From an uncultured Bacteroides sp. (GTDB lineage Bacteria > Bacillota > Clostridia > Oscillospirales > Acutalibacteraceae), in the NCBI GenBank assembly GCA_964480285.1, contig CAYZPT010000001.1, forward strand, positions 1 through 47,212: 47,212 nucleotides of DNA, in the 5' to 3' direction. This document shows, one piece after another, positions 18,453 through 28,038 of the stretch (positions within the stretch are counted from its first letter, which is position 1; every line of letters begins with the position of its first letter). Made by a program: the position numbers and the translations under genes. The notes beneath the pieces are model-generated. The model made no database searches. It was not told the origin of the DNA and saw nothing but the letters and a program-made list of their open reading frames with translations.

Positions 18453-21400
18453 ATGGCAGAATGTTTTAATTGCAATAGTATAATTGAAGATAATGCCGTC
18501 GAATGTCCTCTATGTAAATCTCCAAATAACATAATGAAACAAAATTTCATTAAATATATTGGTGATAGAGAAAGTTTGGCAGGATATCAGAAATCATATA
18601 AATTGGTATTGTTAAAATACATTATTGAATCGTTAGACCAACGCAAGGAAGCGCTGGTCTCTGCTGTTATTGCTAAAATTAGAAACTTTTATTTAAGTAG
18701 ATTTAATCAAGGATTATTGCCGGATATTGATGTTGATGAAAGAATTAGAAACATAGAATCTTCAAATGATTACGATGTTTTTGCTGTAATAAAGAATCAG
18801 CCTTATCACGTAATAAACGCAAAAGGCTTTCTTTATATCAATAGAAACTCAGAAGGAGACTTAGTGTTTGTATTCAATGAAGAAATTTCAAATTCTTTAA
18901 GTCAAAATGAGTTTGAAAAATTGTTGGATATTATTAATTATAAATTAAAACTCTATTATTCTACAAAGTTACATGATTCTATAGATTATACTAGTAACTA
19001 TGACGACATATCAATAACTGATAGCTCTCCCAATTCTCTACCGCAACAAAACGAAAATGATCTTGATAACAAGCTATTGAATACTGAGATTATTAACATT
19101 GACTCCTTAAGTACTAGATCAAAGAGAATTTTGCTTGGGCATAAAATTAATAATATTAGAGATTTGATTGCGTTCGACAATAATAACGGAATAGAATCAT
19201 TTAATATTCTTGGTTCAACAACATATCATGCTGTTATATCAGTTATTAATTCATACTATGCTTCAATAAAGTCTTTTCCTTTGAATAAACGATTAATAAG
19301 ACATCTGTTTTGTGATAAGTCCTATGCGAGTTTTGTTAGATACTGTCAAAACAACAAATTGAAAACCATAGAAGATTTGCAAAATTTTGATTTTGACCGT
19401 CTTATTGTATCGTTTGGTTTTGGAGAAGGTAAAATTAATCAGATTAAAGAAAAATATGCCGCAATTGTTAATGGTACAAACGAAAAAACAGACCAAAATC
19501 AAAATAGAGGAATAGTAAAGGTTTTTGAGGAAACGGTTATTATTGCAGAAAACAACAAGGCCCTTCCAGTTTCAATATTATCTCTAGTTGGTTTAAGTGG
19601 CAAAACCATTCTCAAATTATCTGATCAAGGATATCATAAACTAGAAGATTTGGGTAATGTTGGAAGAACTCAATTATCTAGATTATTTGGCGTACGAAAC
19701 AGCGAGAAAATATTCAACGCAATAAATGAGTTTTCCAAACCATTAATTGTTATAGCTAACGATGTTCTAAACTCCTTAAAAACTGAAAACAGTTTTAAGA
19801 TGTACGTTATGCGTTCAGAAAAACTTTCATTACAGGAAGTTGCAGATATTTTTAATTGCACAAGAGAACGAGTGAGACAAGTTGAAGTGAAACTGTCCAA
19901 CAAACTTAAACCGCTAATGCTTGGTCTCATAGAAAACTATTTAATCGATAATAATACCTGCTTTATTTCAGAAGAAAGAATTCTTGAAATATTTGATGAA
20001 GAAGACTTTGACAAAGTAATCATACACGTCTTAAAGAGCTGTGATGAAATTGAATATTTGAACTTTGCCAAATTGTTTTTAATAAAAAAAAGCGAATATC
20101 AAGACACATACAGTACTCTTTGTAAGGTAGCTAGAGATTTTATTGGAGATGGAAGAAACATCTTTAACGAATTAGATGCGTTAGAAGAACTGCTATCAAA
20201 TCTTGACTTTGAATTTATGAATGTGGATCTGTTTTTTGATTTGCTCATAGAGATGAATGCATATTTTTATGGGGATTTTGTCGCGTTTGAAAGACAAAGT
20301 TATTCAAAATTATGTGTAAAAGTTATTGAAAAAGAATTCAAAAACGGGATACATGTTTCAGATGATGACGAAATGAACAAGTTGCGCACCTTAACAATAA
20401 GCCAGTATGGAAACATACCGTTCCCAGAAAAGAATAGGGCTATTGCAGCAGCTATTTCAAAGCATTTGATATTATGTGGAAGAGGAACACTTACCTCAAT
20501 AAAAAATTTAAACTTTGATTTTTCCACAATTGAAAGCATTTCCAAATATATAGACGAAAGCCAACAAACATCATTTTACTATAGAGAATTGTTTGATGAG
20601 TTTCAAGGTGTTTTGTTTATTACATCTAATATTACAAACTATAATTGTCTTCATGGAGTATTGCAATATTGCTTTCCTGAAAAATACATATATTCAAGAG
20701 ATTTCGTTACGAAACTTGAATTTGATGGAAAAATAGAACCTCTTGAAAATCGCATTAATAGTTTTATTACAACCACAGGACATGCCGTAGGTAAAGATGT
20801 GTTACTTAAGGAATTCAAAGGGTGTTCTGATGTAATGATTTTCAATACAATCAACACAAGTAAACGATTAATTCAGTGGGACTATAATAGTTTTAATTCT
20901 GTTGATAATATAGCAATGTCTGAGGCTGAGTATTCTATTATTGCAGAAGGTCTTAATGTTATAACAAGTGAAAACAACGGATATTGTAGTGACTATTTAG
21001 CATTCAACTATGTTTGTAATAGTATTCCCGATTGGGTTATAAAAAATAGCATTACAAATAAATCCAATTTGTTTTATGTTTTATCAAATGTTTTTTACGA
21101 TTTATATGATTTTAGACGTCCACACATTGGCGAAAAAGGAAAGTATCCTTCGCTAAATACAAAAGATATTATTTTAAACTTGTTAGAATCTTCCAATATT
21201 ATCTCATATCGCTCTTTTTTAGATATAGCAAATCGTTTGGGTTGGTCAAGCATTACAACTGCTGCAACATTTACGGATATCGAGAGTTCCTATATACGTA
21301 TTGACGAAGATACTTATCTTCGTAAGAGCTTATTTATTATTTCAAATAGTGAAAAAGAAGAACTCGAAAACTATCTTGCTAAATATATAAGAGAAAACCG

Positions 21401-21761
21401 CTATCTTTCTTTGATTAATTATGACGATTACGACGAGCTTCCAACCGTTAACGATTGTGAATGGAATGAATTCTTGTTTGAATCAATTGTACAGAATTAT
21501 TTTGATGATTATCGTATTGTCCAACCAAAAGCAAAAGATAGAAGGTATGTGAAAAGTATAATAGTTGATGCACATTCTAAATATAATTCCATTGATGAAC
21601 TTGTGAGAGATTCGTTGGAATTAAATAACGTTTCTACTATTTCTGAGAGAAACTTACTTTCTTATATGATACTTAATGGTTTCACTAGAAAGGTTATTCC
21701 AAAAGAGATGTATATTTCAGATTGTTTTTACTATGAAGACGGATCCTTTACGGTAAAATAA
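18453..21761 (+). CDS. Large DNA-binding protein: zinc ribbon, RNA-polymerase alpha-CTD-like repeats, sigma70 region-4 HTH
   Basis: CFNC...CPLC; LSTRSKRILLGHKINNIRDLI and LSGKTILKLSDQGYHKLEDL; LSLQEVADIFNCTRERVRQVE. Confidence 0.75.
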   Translation: MAECFNCNSIIEDNAVECPLCKSPNNIMKQNFIKYIGDRESLAGYQKSYKLVLLKYIIESLDQRKEALVSAVIAKIRNFYLSRFNQGLLPDIDVDERIRNIESSNDYDVFAVIKNQPYHVINAKGFLYINRNSEGDLVFVFNEEISNSLSQNEFEKLLDIINYKLKLYYSTKLHDSIDYTSNYDDISITDSSPNSLPQQNENDLDNKLLNTEIINIDSLSTRSKRILLGHKINNIRDLIAFDNNNGIESFNILGSTTYHAVISVINSYYASIKSFPLNKRLIRHLFCDKSYASFVRYCQNNKLKTIEDLQNFDFDRLIVSFGFGEGKINQIKEKYAAIVNGTNEKTDQNQNRGIVKVFEETVIIAENNKALPVSILSLVGLSGKTILKLSDQGYHKLEDLGNVGRTQLSRLFGVRNSEKIFNAINEFSKPLIVIANDVLNSLKTENSFKMYVMRSEKLSLQEVADIFNCTRERVRQVEVKLSNKLKPLMLGLIENYLIDNNTCFISEERILEIFDEEDFDKVIIHVLKSCDEIEYLNFAKLFLIKKSEYQDTYSTLCKVARDFIGDGRNIFNELDALEELLSNLDFEFMNVDLFFDLLIEMNAYFYGDFVAFERQSYSKLCVKVIEKEFKNGIHVSDDDEMNKLRTLTISQYGNIPFPEKNRAIAAAISKHLILCGRGTLTSIKNLNFDFSTIESISKYIDESQQTSFYYRELFDEFQGVLFITSNITNYNCLHGVLQYCFPEKYIYSRDFVTKLEFDGKIEPLENRINSFITTTGHAVGKDVLLKEFKGCSDVMIFNTINTSKRLIQWDYNSFNSVDNIAMSEAEYSIIAEGLNVITSENNGYCSDYLAFNYVCNSIPDWVIKNSITNKSNLFYVLSNVFYDLYDFRRPHIGEKGKYPSLNTKDIILNLLESSNIISYRSFLDIANRLGWSSITTAATFTDIESSYIRIDEDTYLRKSLFIISNSEKEELENYLAKYIRENRYLSLINYDDYDELPTVNDCEWNEFLFESIVQNYFDDYRIVQPKAKDRRYVKSIIVDAHSKYNSIDELVRDSLELNNVSTISERNLLSYMILNGFTRKVIPKEMYISDCFYYEDGSFTVK

Positions 21762-21785
21762 AAAGGCAACATATGTTGCCTTTTT
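21760..21785. terminator. Bidirectional terminator between convergent operons
   Basis: AAAAAGGCAACATATGTTGCCTTTTT perfect palindrome. Confidence 0.8.
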
Positions 21786-23847
21786 ATATATCTGCATTGT
21801 TACCAACCGAGAAATCCATTTCAAAATGTTCATCATCTAGCTTAGTAAACCTAATACTATTTCTTCCATATTCGTCAAGATGTTCTTTAGTAACAAGTCC
21901 ATCGTTATCCATGCCTATTCTCTCTCGAATATAACGACCAATCTCAGAATTATCAAGAGGCGTAGTAAGTGCTTTATCGCCAGATTGTTCGACTCGCATT
22001 GTAAAGCATTGACCATCATCGGTTAAAACCGTAAAATGTCTCTTGTTTAGTGGGAAAAATCCACTTTTGGCAATTTTTGATGGTAGCGGAATATATGCTT
22101 GATATCCATTTCGACCTTCTCGCTGTCCCCAGTTAAGACCGGATGTTTTTGTAACAGTTCCGTTTTTGGAAATAAGCGGAAGGTCAACATAAATGTCTTT
22201 TTCGCTTGCTAATACAACGGATTCGTAACTTTGAGTTGGACTGTTTTTATAAATTCTGATATAGTTTTCTACTTCATTTGAATCACAATAGATGCTTCTG
22301 CCTTGAATTTTGTCACAATAGGCCATTGCATCGCCAGGATCACACTTCGCCATGAATTCACCACATCCTTGTGAAAACGCCTTTTGAGTGTAGTTTGCTG
22401 ATCCGGAAAAGCATTTAAATGGTTTTCCGTTCTTCATCCAGAGATATATTTTTGAGTGAACAGGAGGGGTTTGGTACACATATGAACAATAAAAATCTGA
22501 AAGGTCTGGCTGCACCTGATTCTGTTCTTGAATTGCCTTAAAGCCCGTATGAGAAAGTTTGTTTAATCCGTCATAAGGACACATTCCAACCGTAAGACGG
22601 ATGTTTATGGGTTGTAATCCAAGTTCTTTTATTTGTTGTATATGATAAGACACCATTGCGGGAGAAGCATATGCTGAAACTATGCGCAATTCATTTGCGC
22701 CTTCTCGTATGGGATTAAACAAAACTTCATCTTCAAGGTTGCTATCAAATTGCCACTTTATATCATCGTCGCCGTAGAAAAGGTATTCTGTAGCGTTACA
22801 CTCAACACTTGGATACTCTTCTCCTGCGAAAGAATTTAGAATTGCTTCAAAGATTATTTTAGCGCCTTCGCAAGGAACCGCCATGCCTATTTGTTTTCTC
22901 ACGGATTCTTTATTTCCGTAAAAAACAAAATCGTCTGGGAAAGTTTGCAATCTTGCTCTTTCTCTGTTCGTTAAAGCTCTATTTTCAGACCAGTGATAAA
23001 TATGAGTTCCTCCGCCACCGCTACCGGTAACGGTATATGCTGGCTTACTTGATTCAAGTCTTTTATATATTTGGCTAATTCTTGCTCCAACAACATTTAG
23101 TTGAAGATGTTCTGGAAGTTGTGCAGTAAAAGCATTTTCTCCCTCTTTAATGTAACTTAATCTTTCCATGACAGTCTGAGATTGTCTGGTCGGTTCGTTA
23201 TTTGCGGCATTATCCGGAATAGGAGGTTCCTCAATAGCTTGTTTACACGTTTTGATTTGGTACATCTCTGGTGAAGGAACCTTAAAGTCTATATTTTTCT
23301 CTTTTCTAATATCGTTACGAATGCCAACAATTATAATTCTATGCCGCGCTTGTGGTATACCATATTCTTCAAACTTGTATAAATGCGGGTATAATGTGTA
23401 ACCTGCATTTTCCATTTCTCTTAATATTTTAGAAAAAGTTTTTCCTTCGTTTGAATTTAAAAGCCCCCCTACATTTTCTGCCAAAAACCATTCAGGCTGG
23501 AATCTGGTTAATGCTTTAACCCCGTACGTGTATAAAGGACCGTAAGATCCTTCGATACCTTTTTGCTCTCCAACTTGACTATAGTCGTTGCAGGGAAATC
23601 CAAAAGCTAAAGCATTTATTGTTTCAAGTTGAGATAAATCCAGTTCTCTGACGTCTCCTTCATAAACGCTATTTCGACATTCTGGACAAATATTATTTCT
23701 GTATGTTTCACAAGTGTTATGATCATAATCGTTCGCCCACTTATGTGTTATTTTATACTTACTGTTTCTACATTGAGCATGAGTAGCCCCCCAAGCAATT
23801 CCGCCTGGGCCACAAAAAAGTTCACCTAATTCAAATGTTTTTTCCAT
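21784..23847 (-). CDS. dcm: DNA cytosine-C5 methyltransferase fused to an NgoFVII-family PLD restriction endonuclease
   Basis: MTase motifs LFCGPGG, GFPC, ENV, QARHR, RERARLQTFP, QIGMAVP; C-terminal half has PLD HSKIY...GSANYT and NWGQR...AYIPL. Confidence 0.88.
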   Translation of the reverse strand: MEKTFELGELFCGPGGIAWGATHAQCRNSKYKITHKWANDYDHNTCETYRNNICPECRNSVYEGDVRELDLSQLETINALAFGFPCNDYSQVGEQKGIEGSYGPLYTYGVKALTRFQPEWFLAENVGGLLNSNEGKTFSKILREMENAGYTLYPHLYKFEEYGIPQARHRIIIVGIRNDIRKEKNIDFKVPSPEMYQIKTCKQAIEEPPIPDNAANNEPTRQSQTVMERLSYIKEGENAFTAQLPEHLQLNVVGARISQIYKRLESSKPAYTVTGSGGGGTHIYHWSENRALTNRERARLQTFPDDFVFYGNKESVRKQIGMAVPCEGAKIIFEAILNSFAGEEYPSVECNATEYLFYGDDDIKWQFDSNLEDEVLFNPIREGANELRIVSAYASPAMVSYHIQQIKELGLQPINIRLTVGMCPYDGLNKLSHTGFKAIQEQNQVQPDLSDFYCSYVYQTPPVHSKIYLWMKNGKPFKCFSGSANYTQKAFSQGCGEFMAKCDPGDAMAYCDKIQGRSIYCDSNEVENYIRIYKNSPTQSYESVVLASEKDIYVDLPLISKNGTVTKTSGLNWGQREGRNGYQAYIPLPSKIAKSGFFPLNKRHFTVLTDDGQCFTMRVEQSGDKALTTPLDNSEIGRYIRERIGMDNDGLVTKEHLDEYGRNSIRFTKLDDEHFEMDFSVGNNADI

Positions 23848-24160
23848 TGTCAATTTCCTTCTTATGGTTAATTAAAAAATCTATTTCATTTTGTATATGC
23901 TTTAGCTCTTCAATGTCAAGAAGCTCTGTGTTTTTTAAATTTTGGTATGAATTTATTAGCCCAATGGCTTTAGAAGCATCAATAATATTAGAATCGTAAA
24001 AACGAAGAAGGGTGATTACATCATCAAATCGAGGAGAGAAGTTACCGTTTTCAATTCTTGACAGTCGGCTATTTGTTATTCCAGTTGCAATTGTAACTTC
24101 GCTCATCGAACACCCACGACTGCAACGCAATGCTGCCAAATAATCATTTATGCTATTCAT
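23831..24160 (-). CDS. XRE family HTH regulator (controller-like)
   Basis: SMSEVTIATGITNSRLSRIENG; overlaps the MTase start. Confidence 0.88.
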   Translation of the reverse strand: MNSINDYLAALRCSRGCSMSEVTIATGITNSRLSRIENGNFSPRFDDVITLLRFYDSNIIDASKAIGLINSYQNLKNTELLDIEELKHIQNEIDFLINHKKEIDNGKNI

Positions 24161-24187
24161 TATATCACCATAGAAATGTTATCATAT

Positions 24188-24239
24188 TTGCTGCGAAAAT
24201 GCAATAAAAATCCTAAAAATCGCTGCGAAATCGCAGCAA
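24188..24239. promoter_or_regulatory. Putative XRE operator boxes
   Basis: TTGCTGCGAAAATGCAATAA and GCTGCGAAATCGCAGC related palindromes upstream of the XRE gene. Confidence 0.55.
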
Positions 24240-24364
24240 CATCGCAATTGTATGAGTTTCTGTCCAAATAATGATACTGCCGAAAATAACAAATTGAAAA
24301 GCAAGAATTTCAATGTTATAATATAAAAACACATAATATCAAAACATATGGAGAAAAACTTAAT

Positions 24365-25147
24365 ATGAATAATGATTCAAAATACACCGATTTAAAATCA
24401 ACCTTAAAGGCTGTGGGTAAAAAAGTTTTTGTTGATTTCTATTATGATTTTAAGGATTCTCAAATTACAACCGATGAATTAGCTGAAAAGCTTTTTACAA
24501 ATAACCCTTTGTCAATATCTTCAGAACAACGTTTTAGGATTCCAAGAGCAAGACATATTTTTGAAACGAATCAGCAAATCGATGCTTTGAACATAATTAT
24601 TGAAAGCGGCAGACTCGCCTCTGATACAATAGAAAAAGCAAAAGAAATACTGACTAATGAAGTTACGGAACAGAAATTAATCAAAGAACATGAAGAAGAA
24701 ACAGAATTCATTCAGCTGGTTAATTCTGAAGTTGTATATAATAGCATTGAACAGGCTGAATATAACAAAAGCCAGAAAAGGCCTAAGTACGCAACGAGAA
24801 CTTCTGTACAACCGATAAGAGATATCAAGGTTTCAAGAAACGCTTTGTTCATGGCAGATTATCTATGTGAAATAGATAATTCTCATTATGTGTTTAAAAG
24901 AAAGAACAGTAACATCAACTATACAGAACCGCATCATCTGATTCCTCTATCTGCACAAAGAGACTTCCCGGATAATAGTTTAGACTGCGAACAAAACATT
25001 GTTTCATTATGTTGTAATTGCCATAAACAAGTCCATTATGGATCCGAAATTGATTCGATTCTTAAGCCGCTATATGAAAAACGATACAAATATTTGAAAG
25101 AAATCGGTATAGATATTACGTTTGACCGATTAAAAAAATACTATTAA
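24365..25147 (+). CDS. HNH endonuclease, McrA-like
   Basis: CEID..H...YTEPHHLIPL...NIVSLCCNCHKQVHYG. Confidence 0.85.
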   Translation: MNNDSKYTDLKSTLKAVGKKVFVDFYYDFKDSQITTDELAEKLFTNNPLSISSEQRFRIPRARHIFETNQQIDALNIIIESGRLASDTIEKAKEILTNEVTEQKLIKEHEEETEFIQLVNSEVVYNSIEQAEYNKSQKRPKYATRTSVQPIRDIKVSRNALFMADYLCEIDNSHYVFKRKNSNINYTEPHHLIPLSAQRDFPDNSLDCEQNIVSLCCNCHKQVHYGSEIDSILKPLYEKRYKYLKEIGIDITFDRLKKYY

Positions 25148-25163
25148 TTAATAAGGATTATCT

Positions 25164-25532
25164 ATGAAAAGTATTAACTACGAAAAACCGACGCAGGAGC
25201 GATGTGGTGATACGCCTGCATATCAGGAATACAAAGAGAAGAGCAAAGGTCGGAGTGCTGATGATAACGAGATAATCCAGCGCGAGATGATGGTTATCTT
25301 TTCTGAATTCGCTGCGCTTGATTGTTCTCATGCTGATGATTCTGCACAGAAACTTGTTGCAAAGTTGCAGCAGTTTATCACTGATAATTATTATACCTGT
25401 ACCGATGAAATCCTCTCAGGGCTCGGAAAAATGTACGCCGCCGAAGGCGAGTTCAAAAAGAACATTGATTCGTTTTCCGGCGAGGGCACTGCCGATTTTG
25501 TTTCGCAGGCAATACAAATTTATACACAATAA
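25164..25532 (+). CDS. TipAS antibiotic-recognition domain protein
   Basis: AQKLVAKLQQFITDNYYTCTDEILSGLGKMY...FKKNID..GEGTADFVSQAI. Confidence 0.85.
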   Translation: MKSINYEKPTQERCGDTPAYQEYKEKSKGRSADDNEIIQREMMVIFSEFAALDCSHADDSAQKLVAKLQQFITDNYYTCTDEILSGLGKMYAAEGEFKKNIDSFSGEGTADFVSQAIQIYTQ

Positions 25533-25599
25533 TTCATTCCCGTTTGGTTGTAAAAACCGAACGGGAATTTTGTTTGGTCGCACTTTCGTTCTAAAAAAC

Positions 25600-25628
25600 T
25601 TGACAAACAGCAAAACATTTGTTAGAAT
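25600..25628 (+). promoter_or_regulatory. Consensus sigmaA promoter
   Basis: TTGACA-17 nt-TAGAAT with TG extension. Confidence 0.75.
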
Positions 25629-25940
25629 AATACTGCAAACTGAACACGGAAAAGTCGGCAGATGGTTTCAATTTTACATAGCCCGATTATTTGTAAAAAT
25701 GATATGCTGCCCGCTTATATTTCATGGACATCATTGAGTTATCACCGGACTGGCTCCGGGGTGTTCCGATGCAGGCGATATGGTCTGAGCATGGATACAC
25801 GACTTGACATTGCATGAATAACTGTTCCTGTACCAAGGGGATAGTCTGTGCAAAACTAAGTCAGTGTGTTTCATCGCTCGGATTTTTTATTGCTGTAAGC
25901 GGGTCGGCAGAGGGCAAATCTGTAATAAAGAGGTGAAACC

Positions 25941-26255
25941 ATGTCTGATTACTATGAGCGCAATCAGCCGAAGCCGAGACCGCATTATTTTTCGCTGCCG
26001 AATGAGATTTTCCGTGAAGGTTTGACGCCATATGAATTCGTTGTCTATGCTTTTCTTGTCAGTGCAAGAGACCCGCGTAAAGACCTAAGTTACTGGTCCA
26101 TAAAGAACATAGCCGAGAACTGCGGTATGTGCAAAAACACTTGCAGAAAAGTGCTTCACTCACTTGAGAGCAAGGGTTACGTTGACATTTCAACTCGCTA
26201 TTTTGACCATGTTCAGCAGACCAATATCTACACCGTTATACGTGAGCATTTCTGA
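25941..26255 (+). CDS. Winged-helix protein (HTH_36-like, replication-initiator N-terminal type)
   Basis: YFSLPNEIF..LTPYEFVVYAFL...WSIKNIAENCGMCKNTCRKVLHSLESKGYV...TNIY. Confidence 0.78.
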   Translation: MSDYYERNQPKPRPHYFSLPNEIFREGLTPYEFVVYAFLVSARDPRKDLSYWSIKNIAENCGMCKNTCRKVLHSLESKGYVDISTRYFDHVQQTNIYTVIREHF

Positions 26256-26492
26256 TTTTTCGGCTATTTTTGACGAGTCGAAAATCAAGCAGGATAAAGG
26301 GGTATGTCGCTCAGTCGCGCCAAACCCCGAAAAACACCGTACGGCAACGCCGTTCGGGGGTTAGGGTGGTATGTCTGCTTTGAAAAATGGATATCAATTT
26401 GACATCCGATTTCAATTTTTTCGCAGTATAACACGCTGTTTCGGGATGTCTTTTTGACATCCTTATAACCTTAAGAAAAGGAAACAACAAAT

Positions 26493-26711
26493 ATGAAAAA
26501 AGATTCTTCCGAAATTAAGAGAATCGCCAATCAGATTAGTTCGCGGGAAGGGAAATACTTCTTCAACGCGAAGGAAATCTGCACGCTGTTCGGTATCTGC
26601 AAGGATACCGCGCGCGATGTTTGTAAGCACGTCACTCCCGTTACTCACGGCGGAATCCGCAAGTATTATATCGTTGATATTCTGGAGTATTTTTATTCTC
26701 TGAAAGATTAA
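26493..26711 (+). CDS. Small HTH protein, excisionase-like
   Basis: FNAKEICTLFGICKDTARD...RKYYIVDI, directly upstream of the integrase. Confidence 0.65.
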   Translation: MKKDSSEIKRIANQISSREGKYFFNAKEICTLFGICKDTARDVCKHVTPVTHGGIRKYYIVDILEYFYSLKD

Positions 26712-26783
26712 AAATTTATCTGGATATATCAAAGTCTCCGTGGTATTGTTTAGCTTGCCGCAGGGCAGAAAGGATGTGATATT

Positions 26784-27941
26784 TTGTCGGAAAGAAAGCA
26801 GTATGCGCTCTACGATAAAGACGGTAACTTTATAACTTACCGAATGACAAAGCGCATTAAAAATGAGCAGGGCGAGTACGATGTGCTGACTGCGAGGTCT
26901 AAAAAATCCGCGAAGGAATGTAGGCGCAGACTCGATGAAAAAATCGCACAGTATTATGTTGAACAGGAGGAACGCAAACACAAAGGCGTGTTCCCCGATA
27001 TGAAGTTCGGAAAGTTCGCTGACAACTGGTACAACCTTACCATTAAAGACGCGAACTGCAGTAAGGTCAACAAAGACAATTACCGAGGATATGTTTACAC
27101 GCATATCATTCCGTACTTCGGCGACTTCAAACTCTGCGACATCACCGAAGATGACTGCCAGCGTTTCATGAACAGGTACAAAGGCTACTCAAAAAAGTTC
27201 GCGATGAAACTCAGGATGACGCTGCGGCGAATTCTGAGAAAAGCGTTGAAGCAAAAACTGATTCCCGACAATCCCGCCGAAGACGTTGTGCTGCCGATGG
27301 TTACCGAAGGACAGCGCCGTCCGATAACCGACGAAGAACGCGCAATGATTCTTGAAACGGCGAAGACTCACTACGCAGGCACAATGGTGATGACCATGCT
27401 CTACTGTGGACTGCGCCCCATCGAAACCCGAAGGATGAAATGGGACTGGGTTGATTTCGAGAACAGCATTCTTACCGTAGGCAAATCCAAAACGAAAGCC
27501 GGAACGGGAAGAAAAATTCCGATACCGAATCAGTTGAAAGTTGCGCTGATGGAACATAAGCTCAAAGGTCAGAACGACGAATATGTGTTCGTTAAGTTCA
27601 AGGATTACAACAAGCCGCTTGACACCAACGCCTTCTATCACGGCTGGCATAACTTCTGCCGCGAGATGGATATCGCAAACGGCGCGAAGGTGTACCGCAA
27701 TCAGATTGTGGAAAGCGTGCTGGCTCCCGACCTTGAGCCGTATCTGCTGCGCCACACGTTCTGCACCGACTGCCAGGCAGCGGGAGTGCCGCTGAACGTT
27801 GCAAAAGAACTGATGGGACACAGCGACATATCTGTAACAGCAAAAATCTATACGCATATGGTAGACGAAGTGTTCGAGCAAAACCGCAAACGCCTCGCCG
27901 AATATGCGAATGAAAAAGAAGAACTGTCAAAGATGGCATAA
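26784..27941 (+). CDS. int: Tyrosine recombinase/integrase
   Basis: GLRPIE, KTKAG, YLLRHT (HxxR variant), LMGH, IYTH catalytic motifs; SAM-like core-binding domain. Confidence 0.93.
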   Translation: MSERKQYALYDKDGNFITYRMTKRIKNEQGEYDVLTARSKKSAKECRRRLDEKIAQYYVEQEERKHKGVFPDMKFGKFADNWYNLTIKDANCSKVNKDNYRGYVYTHIIPYFGDFKLCDITEDDCQRFMNRYKGYSKKFAMKLRMTLRRILRKALKQKLIPDNPAEDVVLPMVTEGQRRPITDEERAMILETAKTHYAGTMVMTMLYCGLRPIETRRMKWDWVDFENSILTVGKSKTKAGTGRKIPIPNQLKVALMEHKLKGQNDEYVFVKFKDYNKPLDTNAFYHGWHNFCREMDIANGAKVYRNQIVESVLAPDLEPYLLRHTFCTDCQAAGVPLNVAKELMGHSDISVTAKIYTHMVDEVFEQNRKRLAEYANEKEELSKMA

Positions 27942-28038
27942 AAGAATCAAGGCAACGGATTGCTCCGTTGCCTTTGATATTTGTCTGGACTTTGCATTCG
28001 AGTTGTGGTATTGGTTTGTGTTGCAAAGGAGTGATAAT

